From positions 260,338,001 to 260,402,000 of the forward strand of contig OZ024743.1 in the NCBI GenBank assembly GCA_964016885.1: 64,000 nt of DNA. The letters run 5' to 3'. This stretch comes from Eledone cirrhosa. Taxonomy: Eukaryota. This document shows positions 29,805 through 41,637 of the stretch, piece after piece (the first letter of the stretch is position 1; each line of letters starts with the position of its first letter). Under the pieces are notes generated by a model that ran no database searches, was not told the origin of the DNA, and saw only the letters and a program-made list of their open reading frames with translations. The position numbers were made by a program, and so were the translations under genes.

Positions 29805-32469
29805 CCAATTTATAGAGACTGCAAATTGGCAAAAGTATAGGCAACGAATTTGCAGGAGATAGGCAGGAATTTGGCAGAAGAGGCTCGAATTTGTAGAAGT
29901 ATATGAAGCAACGAATTAATGGAAGCTTTACAGCCTCAGACAAAATGCTTTGCAGTATTACTATTCCGGCTCCTTACATTCTAAGTTCAGTCCCAACTAA
30001 GTCCTATTTGCCTTTCATCATTCTGGGATTGCTATATAAATTACCAGCCTATGATGGTAACCTTGAATCGTCGGACAAGATGCTTTGCGGTAAATATTCC
30101 GGCTCTTGCGTTTTGAGTTCAAATACCGTTAGGGCCTACTGAGAGAATAGACTTAATCCATCCCCAAATTTTAGACGATCATCATTACTTGAATCTTTGG
30201 ATGTTTTAGTGATGTTTATTCTGTTGCTAGCATTAGGGCTAATTTAAGGATACTCCTTCCCTCCATTCGCTCAGAATCTGTCGGGAGTAACACCTTCCCT
30301 GATGACTAAACGAGAAAAAGATTAATCGTATATAAGACATAACACGTCATGATTGCTCCCTATTTATTTTCATTGTGTTAATCTATGAAAAATATATTTT
30401 GTTTTGTTATGGCAGAAACTCTGGTGACATATACAACATGTCATCATGCTATATGGTATATATATCATAATGACATTATTATATAACATCGCAATTCTAA
30501 TTGGTTATTTCACTGTGGTAGTGTGCATATGTAGTGTTTCGTTTCTCATTAGTTGCCCTTTGTGAGAAATATATTAATACAACATATTGCTAGCAATTGG
30601 TTTAATATTGTGTGGATCTCTATTGTATATCAATTCACTAATTTGATGGACATTCTGAAACACTGCCTAAACAATATATCACTCTGCATTGCATAATGGG
30701 ATGAGAATCTGGGAAATCGATATAGCAATAATGATTGGTCGGTGATTTTTAATTCTGAGAAAGAAAGACTGAGATAGAGAGATAGATAGAGAGAGGAGGA
30801 GGGGGACAGAGAGGGAGAGAAAGGAGAGAGGGGATAAAACAGAGAGAGTGAGAGAGACGGAGGTGGGGGAGAATATAGCGATAGTGGCTGAGAAATTCGT
30901 TGCCGACATCTGGCGTGATGCTATTTCACGATTAAAGGTCTTCGTTTTTGACTTAGGTGAAGATAAAGCCATTCTCATTGAAATGTAATCGAACGCGCCA
31001 ATCAATAGCGATATTGACATTAAGTGTCCTCTGCTGTATGCAAAATTTCGTTTTATTCGGTTGATGAAGGAAGTTGGGCTACACGAGAGCGAGTTGTTTG
31101 ATAGATTTAGTTGTGCTCTTTTTGTCAGAATAACTTTTGACATAATCGATATAGCTGACATATTTGTTAAATAACTTATGGTGTGGTGAGTCATTGTATT
31201 ATTTATATATATCTTAATCTACATGCTTTATCATATTATATTCCTTGCTTCATTTCTCTGAGAAGAAATCCCGCCAGAAACGAATGTGCCTTCATAATTC
31301 CTTGACTATAAAATAAGTATCAGCAATATAATACATATTGATTGAATAACCAATACCTCTTCCTTTGATATAGCAAGAAGGCAGACTAGCAGGAATATAA
31401 TTAATTTCACCTTCCTTGTCCACCCATGTCGTTAAAATAAGTATATTGAGTTGAAATTACATCTTTATAAATATGTGTTTATTAGTATTTAGGAAACTGT
31501 AATACGTCGTAAGCTAACACCAAACAGAGTAAGATCTCACGTTTGAGCCATTACAATCCATTCACTTTGAAGAGGCAGGAATGTAACTAATTACAGTTTA
31601 TTCTACCTTATAAATTTAATGACATGTTTCTAGTTAAAATCCACCAGTAATTAAACAACTAAAGAGTGAGTAATGAAGAGTAAAAGCAAGCTCTTTGCTT
31701 CAGTTGGGTTTATTTCGATGTAAACTCTAGCATCTCGATACAAACTGCGCAGTAAATTACGGAAATTATTATGTAATAAAGGTAAAATATAATGGTCAAT
31801 AGCATACATTTTCCGAAATATCTATGCTATCTCTCACCACATCAAATGAATTATCATTCGTATTTACCTATAGAACGCCATTGAAAACAAAATAAAGCAA
31901 TGGTTTCCTTGGATGCATGAATATTTTTTAAAATAGAATTACTGTTGGCAAATAATTTGGAGGTGGGGAGAGGGTAAAGATTTAATTAGCGGACGGTAAT
32001 ATTTGATGATATCAAACTGTTCGTTTTAAAAAGAAGTGTAATACTAATATTAATACTAATTAAACAACCAATAGCTCTAGTGCTATTATTATTCTGATGA
32101 TCAGGTAGGTATACAGGTGAAACTTCAGAGTAACAACTTAGCAATAATAAAGAATATTATTAAACAATTATTAAACACAACTTCGGTATTGAGTTGTCAT
32201 TCTTGCGTCTGAGAGAGACTAGATAGATATATTTCTTTATTAGCCACAGGGGCACAAAAGAAGGGGACAAATACAAAGGGGGAAGTTTACATACAATAAA
32301 AACGTGTAAAATGTTATCACAGATGGAATTTAAAAGTTAGTCGATTTTCCCCAATAGAGGGAGACAGTTTATATGGGTAACACATACCCCCGAAAAAAAA
32401 TGTGCAACCCTCATCTCCAGGAGTACGAAGAGCTTGTACTCCTTTCCTCTCCTCCTCCTTTTCCTCAAC

Positions 32470-35400
32470 CTACAGGCTAATATAGAGAGAAGGCCCATTC
32501 ACTCGGGCCATTCTCGCCACTTTCACCCACCTTTCATAAAACTTGCTGGGGTACAGCACCTCTCTCTCCATCCTGATTCTTCTTCCAAAGTGGTATTTGA
32601 TAAAAAGAATCAGTTGTTGGCCGGAGAGAAAGGTGTCTGACCTCAGCCCTTTCAACCTTGTCCACCATACAACCTCTTTCGCCATAGCTATCACACAAAG
32701 GAAAACCGCCTCTCCTTCGTTTTTGAAGGAGGGTGGCGGTTTGATCATGACAATGGACTCGGTGGTCAACTGGATTGGTCCCACCCGCGACAATAGTCGT
32801 TCTACATAGCCCCACAGGTCAGTGACGCCCGGGCAGTGTATGAATGCGTGCGCGACGGTTTCTTCGTCTCGCACGCACCTCGGACAGATCTTTTTTGCAG
32901 GGTCCCTGCCCGGGCGCCCATGTCTGTAGAGCTTGTCTCGAACTGGTAGAGCTCCTCGGTAGCACTGCCAGGCCAGGGACTTTTGGAAGTTGTCCATCGG
33001 TCCCGGGCGGAAGGTCCTACCGAACAGACTGGCCAGTTCATCTTCCTCTACGCCTAGAGTTTCACCGAGCGCGTCGTCGCACTTGCTGCGGACCAACCCT
33101 CTATAGAATGACGAAGTGGAGTCTCCACTGATCGCCGGGTCCGCCTGCCAGAGGGCTGTGAGCGCCTGAGCACATTCGATGTGCCAGTCGCCCATTTTCC
33201 ACGGTCTCTGCTTGACCCAGGACTGCAGCTCGGTCAGCGAGACGAGTCGTGGGAAGGCTCGCCTCACGAACGGGGCCCACACCGGTTGTCCGGTGAGGAA
33301 TACGTAGAGATGCCGCAGCCTGAGCGCGTGTTTGCGCATCGTCAACCACGGCATCCCCAGCCCTCCGTTAGAAGGGTGTTAGCAGCAGATGGATCTTCTC
33401 ACCAAAGGAGCCCGCCTCTTCCAAAGGAATCGGAAGAGCGCGCGCTCCATTTTGGCGAGCGTTTTGGCTGTACAAGGCACGACGGTCAAGCGGTAGTAGA
33501 TGGCGGACGCTATAAAAGTGTTCGCCACCTCCGCTCGACCTTTCAAGGATAGTTTGCACTCGGCCCACTTCTGGGTGAGTGCAAACACCTTGGCCGTCAC
33601 TTCGTTCCAGTTCTTCTCCACCTGGAGGTCCGGACCAAACCAGACCCCGAGCAGCTTTACCGGTCCTTCCGTCCAGCGTCCGACGACGCCATCGGAAGGC
33701 ATCGGTCTGCCTCTCCACGATCCGAGTTGCAAACCGATGGACTTGTCCCGGTTCAGCTTCGCTCCTGTGAGACTTTCGTATTCCTTTAGTAAGGTGCCGA
33801 CTTCCTCGATTTGCGAGGCGCTCGACACCATTACTGTCACGTCGTCGGCGTAGGCCGACGCCGCTTTCCGCAGTCCCGGTTCCAGAGGGATGCCCTGCAA
33901 TAGCTCCAGCTTCCGCAGTAGTGGCTCGAGAGTCAGTACGTACAGAAGGGAGGAGAGAGGGCATCCCTGTCGAATGGATCGCGTAATATGGAACGGCTCC
34001 GAGAGGTAACCGTTCACCTTGACCCTTGAGCAGATGTTGCTGTTGTGCATTGCAGCAATCCAGCCCCTGAACACGGGTCCGAAGCCTGCCGCCTCGAGCA
34101 CCGCATCCAGGTAACAATGGTCAACCCTATCGAAAGCCTTAGACTGATCCAAGTTGATCAGGGCCCCACCGAAGCCGGGTTTACACCCTACCCTCTCTAT
34201 GATGTATCGCATGAGGTGGAGGTTGTCGTGTATGGACCTGGTCGGGATCGCGCATGTCTGCCCTTCTCCCACCAGGTTCTCGACGACAAGCGCCAGCCTC
34301 TTTGCCAACACCTTGGCCAAAATCTGTAACTCTGTGTTTAGCAGAGTTATGGGCCGGAAGTTTCCTATGTCATCCCCCTTATTCTCGTCCTTCCTGACTA
34401 GTGTGACTACGCCCCCGGTTACAGAACTGGGAATTCTCCCGTTCTGTTGCCAGTTGCAGTAGACCGCTTCCAGGCGACCGGAGAATAAGTCCGGCATTGC
34501 CTCCTAAAATTCGTAGAGTAGACCGTCGAGACCTGGAGATTTGCGTTTGCCGCATTGGCTCAGCGCGTCCCCTATCTCAGCGGCTGAAATCGGCTTTTCG
34601 CAGAACTTTGCCTCTCTGTCCGAGAGTCGCGGTAGGCCGTCGAGGTATGGACCAAAATCCATAGCCCCTCCCGGCGCGCCGCCCCGCCCGAACAGTTGAG
34701 CAAAGTGCCGCTGAAAGGCCGCACACATCTTCTTCGGCTCACGTATCACGCGTCCGTTTTGGTCCTTCAAATACCGAATCGTGGACTTGTTGCCACTTTT
34801 TGCCTCCGTCACTCGGGCCCAGCTAACAGCTTTGGCTCTCTCGTTTCCCAGAGCACGTATTTTACTTCTGACAACGCAGCCCTCGTGCTTTGCGTCGAAG
34901 AACTGGTCCAAGGCTGTTCTCGTTGCTAGCTCTCTGGCTACGTTGCCACTTCTAATTGCCTCTTCTACTTTATCTACCAGTTCCTTTTCGGTTCTATTTC
35001 TATCTAACGCTAATTCTTTACTAAAAACTAACGAGTCTAATCTAACTGCCCTCTTGAGAGAGTACCACCATCTGTTGTTGACAATGGCCCCTGTCAAGTG
35101 CTGTTTAACTAAAGTGCTAATCCGTCTACTGAAGGCTTTGCTTGTCGGTAACGACAAGTTCAGCTTCCAGTAGCCGGGTCCTTGTCTATGGGTTCTATCA
35201 AGGTTGGCCATGCAGGTCACTAGTTTGTAATCTGAATAGGCAACCATGAACATTTGTGGACAGCTTAACATGTCCCTATCCTTATTTCTAACTAGAACCC
35301 TATCTAGGTACGATCTAGATGTTCCGCTACGATTACTCCACGTCCACAGTGGCACAGTCGGAAAATCTAGTCGATATCTATCGGCCAAGTCAAATCGGTC

Positions 35401-35907
35401 GATTAACTGTTTGAGGCTGTTACACCCCCCTTTATCGGGACATGCTCCCACATAGTCCCAACGTGCATCTAGGATTCCACTCCAGTCCCCCACTAAAAGC
35501 AAGGAGCGGGACGTTCCCAGAAAAGTCTCTAGACGTTTGAAGAAGTCTGACCACATTGTCCCGGATGGGGCATATGCGGCCACCAGCCTGAAGGCTGCAC
35601 CTTCACTACCGTCAACGTCTAGGACCACCAGTCGACCCTCCGGGTCCAGATGTACCGTCTGTGTTACGAGGCCCAGGTGTTTCCGCAGCAAAACGGCAAC
35701 TCCGCCCCCACCCCCCGGTTGATAGAGAGATGCGTAGATCTCAAAGTCATCGAAGATGGGGGCCAGCTGTCGCTCGCTGTGGATCCTGGACTCGCAAATG
35801 GCTACCACATCCATACTGTGCGACCTGAGGTCGTTTAAGAGTTTGCCCTGTTTCCAGGGCATCCCCAGGCCGCGTACGTTCACACATCCAACTCTTATAT
35901 TGGCCAT
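32470..35907 (-). pseudogene. LINE ORF2: APE endonuclease + RT + Cys-rich domain, one frame with two premature stops
   Basis: NVRG, CESR, GDW, SYLDRV, SD(Y); SPGLDG, FRPITLLN, DQSKAFDRV, IRQGCPLS, YADD; CPRC...ETVAHAFIHC. Stops at 34504-34506 and 33379-33381 are in frame. Confidence 0.95.
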
Positions 35908-35940
35908 GTTGGAGCTGAAAAGTTAAAAGAGGAAAAGAGA

Positions 35941-37835
35941 TCACTCACCCTTCGTCTCCTGGGGACCAGGCTGCACGATTTCCATGGCGGTGTTGGAGGG
36001 GTTGTCTGGGTGGGTGGTGGTTTCCGGTGGGGTGGGTACGGAGATGTTTGGTGGGGTGGGATCTGGTGGGATGGGGGTGTCTGGGGTGGGGAGACATTTG
36101 AGAAGGACGCGGTTAAGTGGTCTCACGCAGGAATTCCCCACATCATTTTCAAATGTTTCTTTTAGGGACCTATAAGTTTGTATAGGGACCCTAATCAGTT
36201 TTAGGTTCAGTTTTTTGTTATTTTTAATAGAGTGGGCGAAAGTTTTCCCTTCGGTGAAAACCGAAGGGTTGTTCGTGATGGTCTCCATTAATGTTTTGTT
36301 TACAGTGTTTATGTAAGTGTAAGTGTAATTTTCTTGTGTTGTGTTTGTTTTTGTCTGTAGTTCTTGTGTGTGCTTTCGTTGTAGGTATTTTGTTTTCAGG
36401 AGGTGGGGGTTTTGTTTGTGATGTTTTTGTTGTTTGTGTTGGTGGTTGTATGTTTGTGGTAGTGTTTGCTGCTTTTTTGCTTTTGTGATGTCTTTTCTTT
36501 CTTTTCGAGCGATGGGGTTCTCCCTCGTCTTCATCTGTTGTATCGTCTGTGTGATTGGGGAGGGGTATGTCTTGGAGAGCTGTTGTGTCTGTATGTGATT
36601 TTGCAGTGGTTTTAGCTGGAGTGGGGTTGGGTGGGACTGTGTTTGTTGTGGTTATTTTTGTGTGTTGGTGTTGTTGTTGTTGTGGTGGTGTTGGTGGTTG
36701 TGTTGTTTTGATGGATGTCAGCAGAAGAGCCTTTTTTTACTCATTAATTTAGGACAGGAAGCCCTCAGGTGACCCCTGCTAAAGCAATGGTAACATGAAG
36801 GCCGCCTACCCTTAACCGAAAAGTTTATGTAGGTGAGTCCGTCCAGGATTACACGTTGTGAGATCATAGCTATTCGCTCTGGGCTCATTTGCACCAGAAC
36901 TTCAACGCTAGTCCCATTGAATACATCTCTGGGGGACTTTCCTACTGACAGTATTCTGTCTTCATCAAAATTGATGAAGCCGCACAGTATCCACCATATG
37001 TTCACCTTTGATGTGACACTCGTGATTTTAATCTTTTGTGTCCTTTTTCCCATATATGTAGGGAAAAAGCTATACAGGTTGGATACAATTGGCGACACAG
37101 AGTAATTTTGGGCCGCCAATTGATCCTTCATGAGTACCAAAATACTCCCAAAGAGTTTGCTTCTTTGAATGAATGAAATATCATTCATTGAATTTTTGAA
37201 AACCAGTTCAATTTCTTTCTGTGACAATTGGAGTGGTTTTCGGGTAGAATTGGAAACTGTCCTAAAAACTATCGTTTTGAGAGCAGTTTCCTTGCGAATT
37301 TCTACCGGAGAATTGATGCTGAAAGCACCATTTTTTTCGAAAGTGACATATCTCCTAGCGTCCTTTAAAAGTTGTTCGGCATTTGTTATGTCGAGATATG
37401 TCAGTTCCTCCTTTTTCTGAACTGTCTGTGCAAAGGAGATTTTGGTTTCTTTGTGGAATTATCCGTGTTGGTGGTGTTGTCATTATTGTTGTTATTGTTG
37501 TTGTTATTCTTGTTATCACTGATGTTGATATTATTCGTATTTTCCTTGGTGTTGGTGTTGTTGTTGTATTTGATGCTGGTGTTATTGGTGTTGTCTTTAT
37601 TTTTTTCTTTGTTGTTGTCATTGTTGTTTTTATCATCATTATTGGTGTTGTTGTTGTTATTTTTGTTGTCATTGAACTGTTTGGTGTCATTTGTGTTGTT
37701 TGGATATGAATTTGTTTTTACAATTTCATTTCGTCTTTCCATCTCCATAGTATCTAGGGAAGAAGACGATGTTGACTGCGAGCTATGTAGTCTTACCGAC
37801 TCTCCACCACCATTATCGTTGAACGCAGCGTTCAT
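35941..37835 (-). pseudogene. LINE ORF1 (Asn-rich N-terminus, CCHC zinc knuckle, Pro/Thr-rich C-terminus), frameshifted
   Basis: Segments 37401..37835, 36718..37227 (CYHCFSRGHLRASC) and 35941..36534 lie directly upstream of ORF2. Confidence 0.82.
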
Positions 37836-38055
37836 AACGTAATCAAACTTCTTACGATATTTTTCCAAATTTCGATGGAGAAAACATTTTTCAAACGAAT
37901 ATTTCGCCCCTGTAGGAGCGAAAATGAGTTGACCCACCTCCTGAAGGTCCAGACGGAGGGTAAAGTTACACAATAATATAAAATTTAACTGAAAACTCAC
38001 GTTTTTTTCTTACATAACATAACGGAAACTTCTCCGCGAAGTTAAACACGTCTGG

Positions 38056-38395
<340 letters not shown>

Positions 38396-39048
38396 CGAGA
38401 GAGAGAGAGAGAGACAAGAGGCAGAGGGAAGGGGAGAGAGGGAAGGGAAAAGGGGAGGAGAAAGGGAGATAGTGAGAGGGAGGACTTGAGAGAGAGAGAG
38501 AGAGAGAGACTATTATATTTATTTAGATTTTTTTCTGTGTAATGGAACGTCGTTATTCACTGCTAATAATAGCTCTTATATAGACACGTAGAGTTATTTT
38601 CCAAAACGGATTATTCTACGGAAATGGAAGAAAGAGCTCTACTTAGCTTCCAGGCCTTGCCATTTAGATTTAAGCAAAATATATATATTCCTTCTATATT
38701 GGATTATTATTTTTCCGAAAGAGAGAAAAAAAAAGCAATTTTTTTCTCACTGTGGGGTCCTAAGATTTTGATTCATGTGAACACTATTTTGATTCATCTT
38801 TCCACCATTTTGATTGCTAGACATAATATCATTTCATATCTTTTGTCACTAGCCGTAATTGTATGTATTGAAAGTGCTCGGAGCAAATCCTTCAGTTATA
38901 TAATAAACCTTGGTCTTTTGCGGGTATTTGCTTAGAAAGTTGAATAGAAAATTGGTACGATTTGCAAATTAAACCATCAGCGTGGAATATGAAAGACATA
39001 CCATGAAGGATAGATGAAAATAAAATGTAGAAAGAAAGTATGTAATAT

Positions 39049-39132
<84 letters not shown>

Positions 39133-39136
39133 GGTG

Positions 39137-39200
<64 letters not shown>

Positions 39201-39323
39201 CATGTGATTATAAATGTATACACATATATATATGTATATACATACATAATAAGTATATACTTATATAAATAAATGTAAATATATATGTATATATATATAT
39301 GTATATACATATATGTATATATA

Positions 39324-39367
<44 letters not shown>

Positions 39368-39388
39368 CATATATATACATACATACAC

Positions 39389-39449
<61 letters not shown>

Positions 39450-39491
39450 CATGCATGCACATATATATATGCATATATATACATATATACT

Positions 39492-39635
<144 letters not shown>

Positions 39636-39956
39636 AAGTTTTTTGGTGTAGATGAATGTCAAAATAAATATCTCATTACGTACTGAAATCGAATTTCGAT
39701 TTTCAAATCGTAATTTAAAGCCTATATTCAGTTTATTGTCCACTAGCCTTTATGTTAATTGAGGCCGCCGGCTGAGATATTTAAATGATTTCTAGTTGCG
39801 CTGCTATAACTCTTGGCAAGTGACATGAAATATCACCAGTAATTTGACCAAATTCTAATCTCTTATTACATAGTTTTATAAATATAGTTTATGTATATTT
39901 TTTACGATAAATGTACCAGTCTTTTGGTGTTTTGTCAGTATTATTATGATACCACA

Positions 39957-40348
39957 GGGCGGTGGATTGGCAGTATCGGTAGAGGGTCGGACGCCATGCT
40001 TTGACGCATAGAGTTACGGCCCTTGCCATTCTGAGTTCAAATCCCGCCGAGGTTAACTTTGCCTTTCATCCTTACGGGGTCGATAAAATAAAGTACCAGT
40101 AATACACTGGGTAATTGCTGGCCTTGTGCCTAACGTAGAAACAATTATTATGATACCACACGAGGGCGGTGGATTGGCAGTATCGGTAGAGGGTCGGACG
40201 CCATGCTTTCCAGCATAGTTACATCCCTTTACGATCTGAGTTCAAATCCCGCCGAGGTTGACTTTGCCTTTCATCCTAACAGGGTAGATAAAATAAAGTA
40301 CCAGTAATGCACTGGGTAATTGCTGGCCTTGTGCCTAAAGTAGAAACA
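39957..40348 (+). mobile_element. Two tandem full-length SINEs (39957-40143, 40161-40348) with three copies of a 17-bp TSD
   Basis: attattatgataccaca at 39940-39956, 40144-40160 and 40349-40365. Confidence 0.95.
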
Positions 40349-40406
40349 ATTATTATGATACCACATGTTCTGGTTTTTACTGCACGCGCACACACACATA
40401 TATATA

Positions 40407-40448
40407 GAGGGTGTCCCCTAAAAATGTATACATTTTTGGGACACCCTT
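40407..40448. mobile_element. About 42-bp palindrome resembling two fused Tc1-type TIRs
   Basis: ta-gagggtgtcccctaaaaatgta|tacatttttgggacaccctt-ta; resembles the CAGGGTG TIR starts at 22082 and 47060. Confidence 0.6.
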
Positions 40449-41591
40449 TATAAATGTAAGTATATATATATGTATATATATGTGTGTTTGTGTGCGTGTG
40501 TGTGTAAATATATAATTTATTTTATATATGCATATACAGATTATATTTTTCTATATACATTTGTATATTGCTGTGAAAAGAAAGAAATGAAAACATAATT
40601 TGTTTCTGTCTTGGCCCAAAGTAAAACATATATTACACAACTCATTGACTGTTCGAAAGGCAAGTATCCATTTATAGGGCTCTTACACTAGTACTGTTTC
40701 ATTCATCACTGAATAAAACAGAACCAGTTATCTTCCATTGAAATACAATACCCTTTCTACCTTGGTGTATTGAATACTTTATTTTAAATTTAGTTCATTT
40801 CCTTTATTTAACGGAAGACATTTCTACCATAAATAAAAATGTGAATTTTTATTTTATAACATTAAAGATTCAGTAAGAGAAAGGGAAAACTGAAGTCCGT
40901 TGGGGTTGAAGATGGTTGTTGTAAAATCTAGGTGATAATTTTATGTAAATACTTGTATTGTAAAGACAGGTATTAGAATTTAGATAGGTGAATCTTGTAA
41001 CTTGATGGAAGGGTAATCTTGTATCACAGAGACAGATAAAGTATTATAATGTACATCTTGTGGCAAACGGACTATTTATTTCCGAAATAAATAGTCCGTA
41101 TTCTGAGTCGGAAAAGAAATAGGAAGGTACAGGGTTGGTGGTAGTATTAGGCCAACTACTGAGCTGTCTAAGGTGCAGACCTCAAGAAGCGTTACAGATA
41201 TATACAAATTTGTATAAGTAAGCTGAATATATTTTAATTTCCTGCGATCAATATATATATAGGCAGAGCAAGATGTATCAAATCTTAGGTTTGTTAGCTT
41301 AGCAAACTATAGGTTGAAATTATTTTATTTGAGAGAATGTGGAGAGGGGGCACGAAAACCAGGCGCTCGGCTTGTGTAAGACAACTACCCATTGTTATGC
41401 AATTTTAAGATGACGTTAACATTTTAAATGTATAACGAAAAGGAAAAAAAATTGCTTCCAGTGGGGCAAGCATCCGAAAAAAATTTGATTCAAGATTGAA
41501 ACCATTTCAATTATTTACGAGCCTGCGAGGCCCGTCTAGATTATTTATCTTATCATTCTATTAGACTGTGTTTAATGTACGTGCTTACGTG

Positions 41592-41637
<46 letters not shown>

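Larger units (their letters stand above)
32228..38055 (-). mobile_element. Near full-length Tx1/L1-clade non-LTR retrotransposon
   Basis: ORF1 remnants, ORF2 EN-RT-zinc finger, 3' UTR ending gtggctAATAAAgaaatatatctatct; the 5' end abuts (GATA)n. Confidence 0.93.

Noticed and set aside
30679-31194. 171-aa minus-strand ORF
   Set aside because: No recognisable motif; the C-terminal part is a translated CT/GA tract.
32434-35838. Many plus-strand and alternate-frame ORFs over the LINE
   Set aside because: Shadows of the GC-rich ORF2 on the minus strand.
39940-40365. Three regularly spaced 17-bp direct repeats, CRISPR-like at first glance
   Set aside because: The intervening sequences are homologous SINEs, the repeats are TSDs, and the context is eukaryotic with no cas genes.
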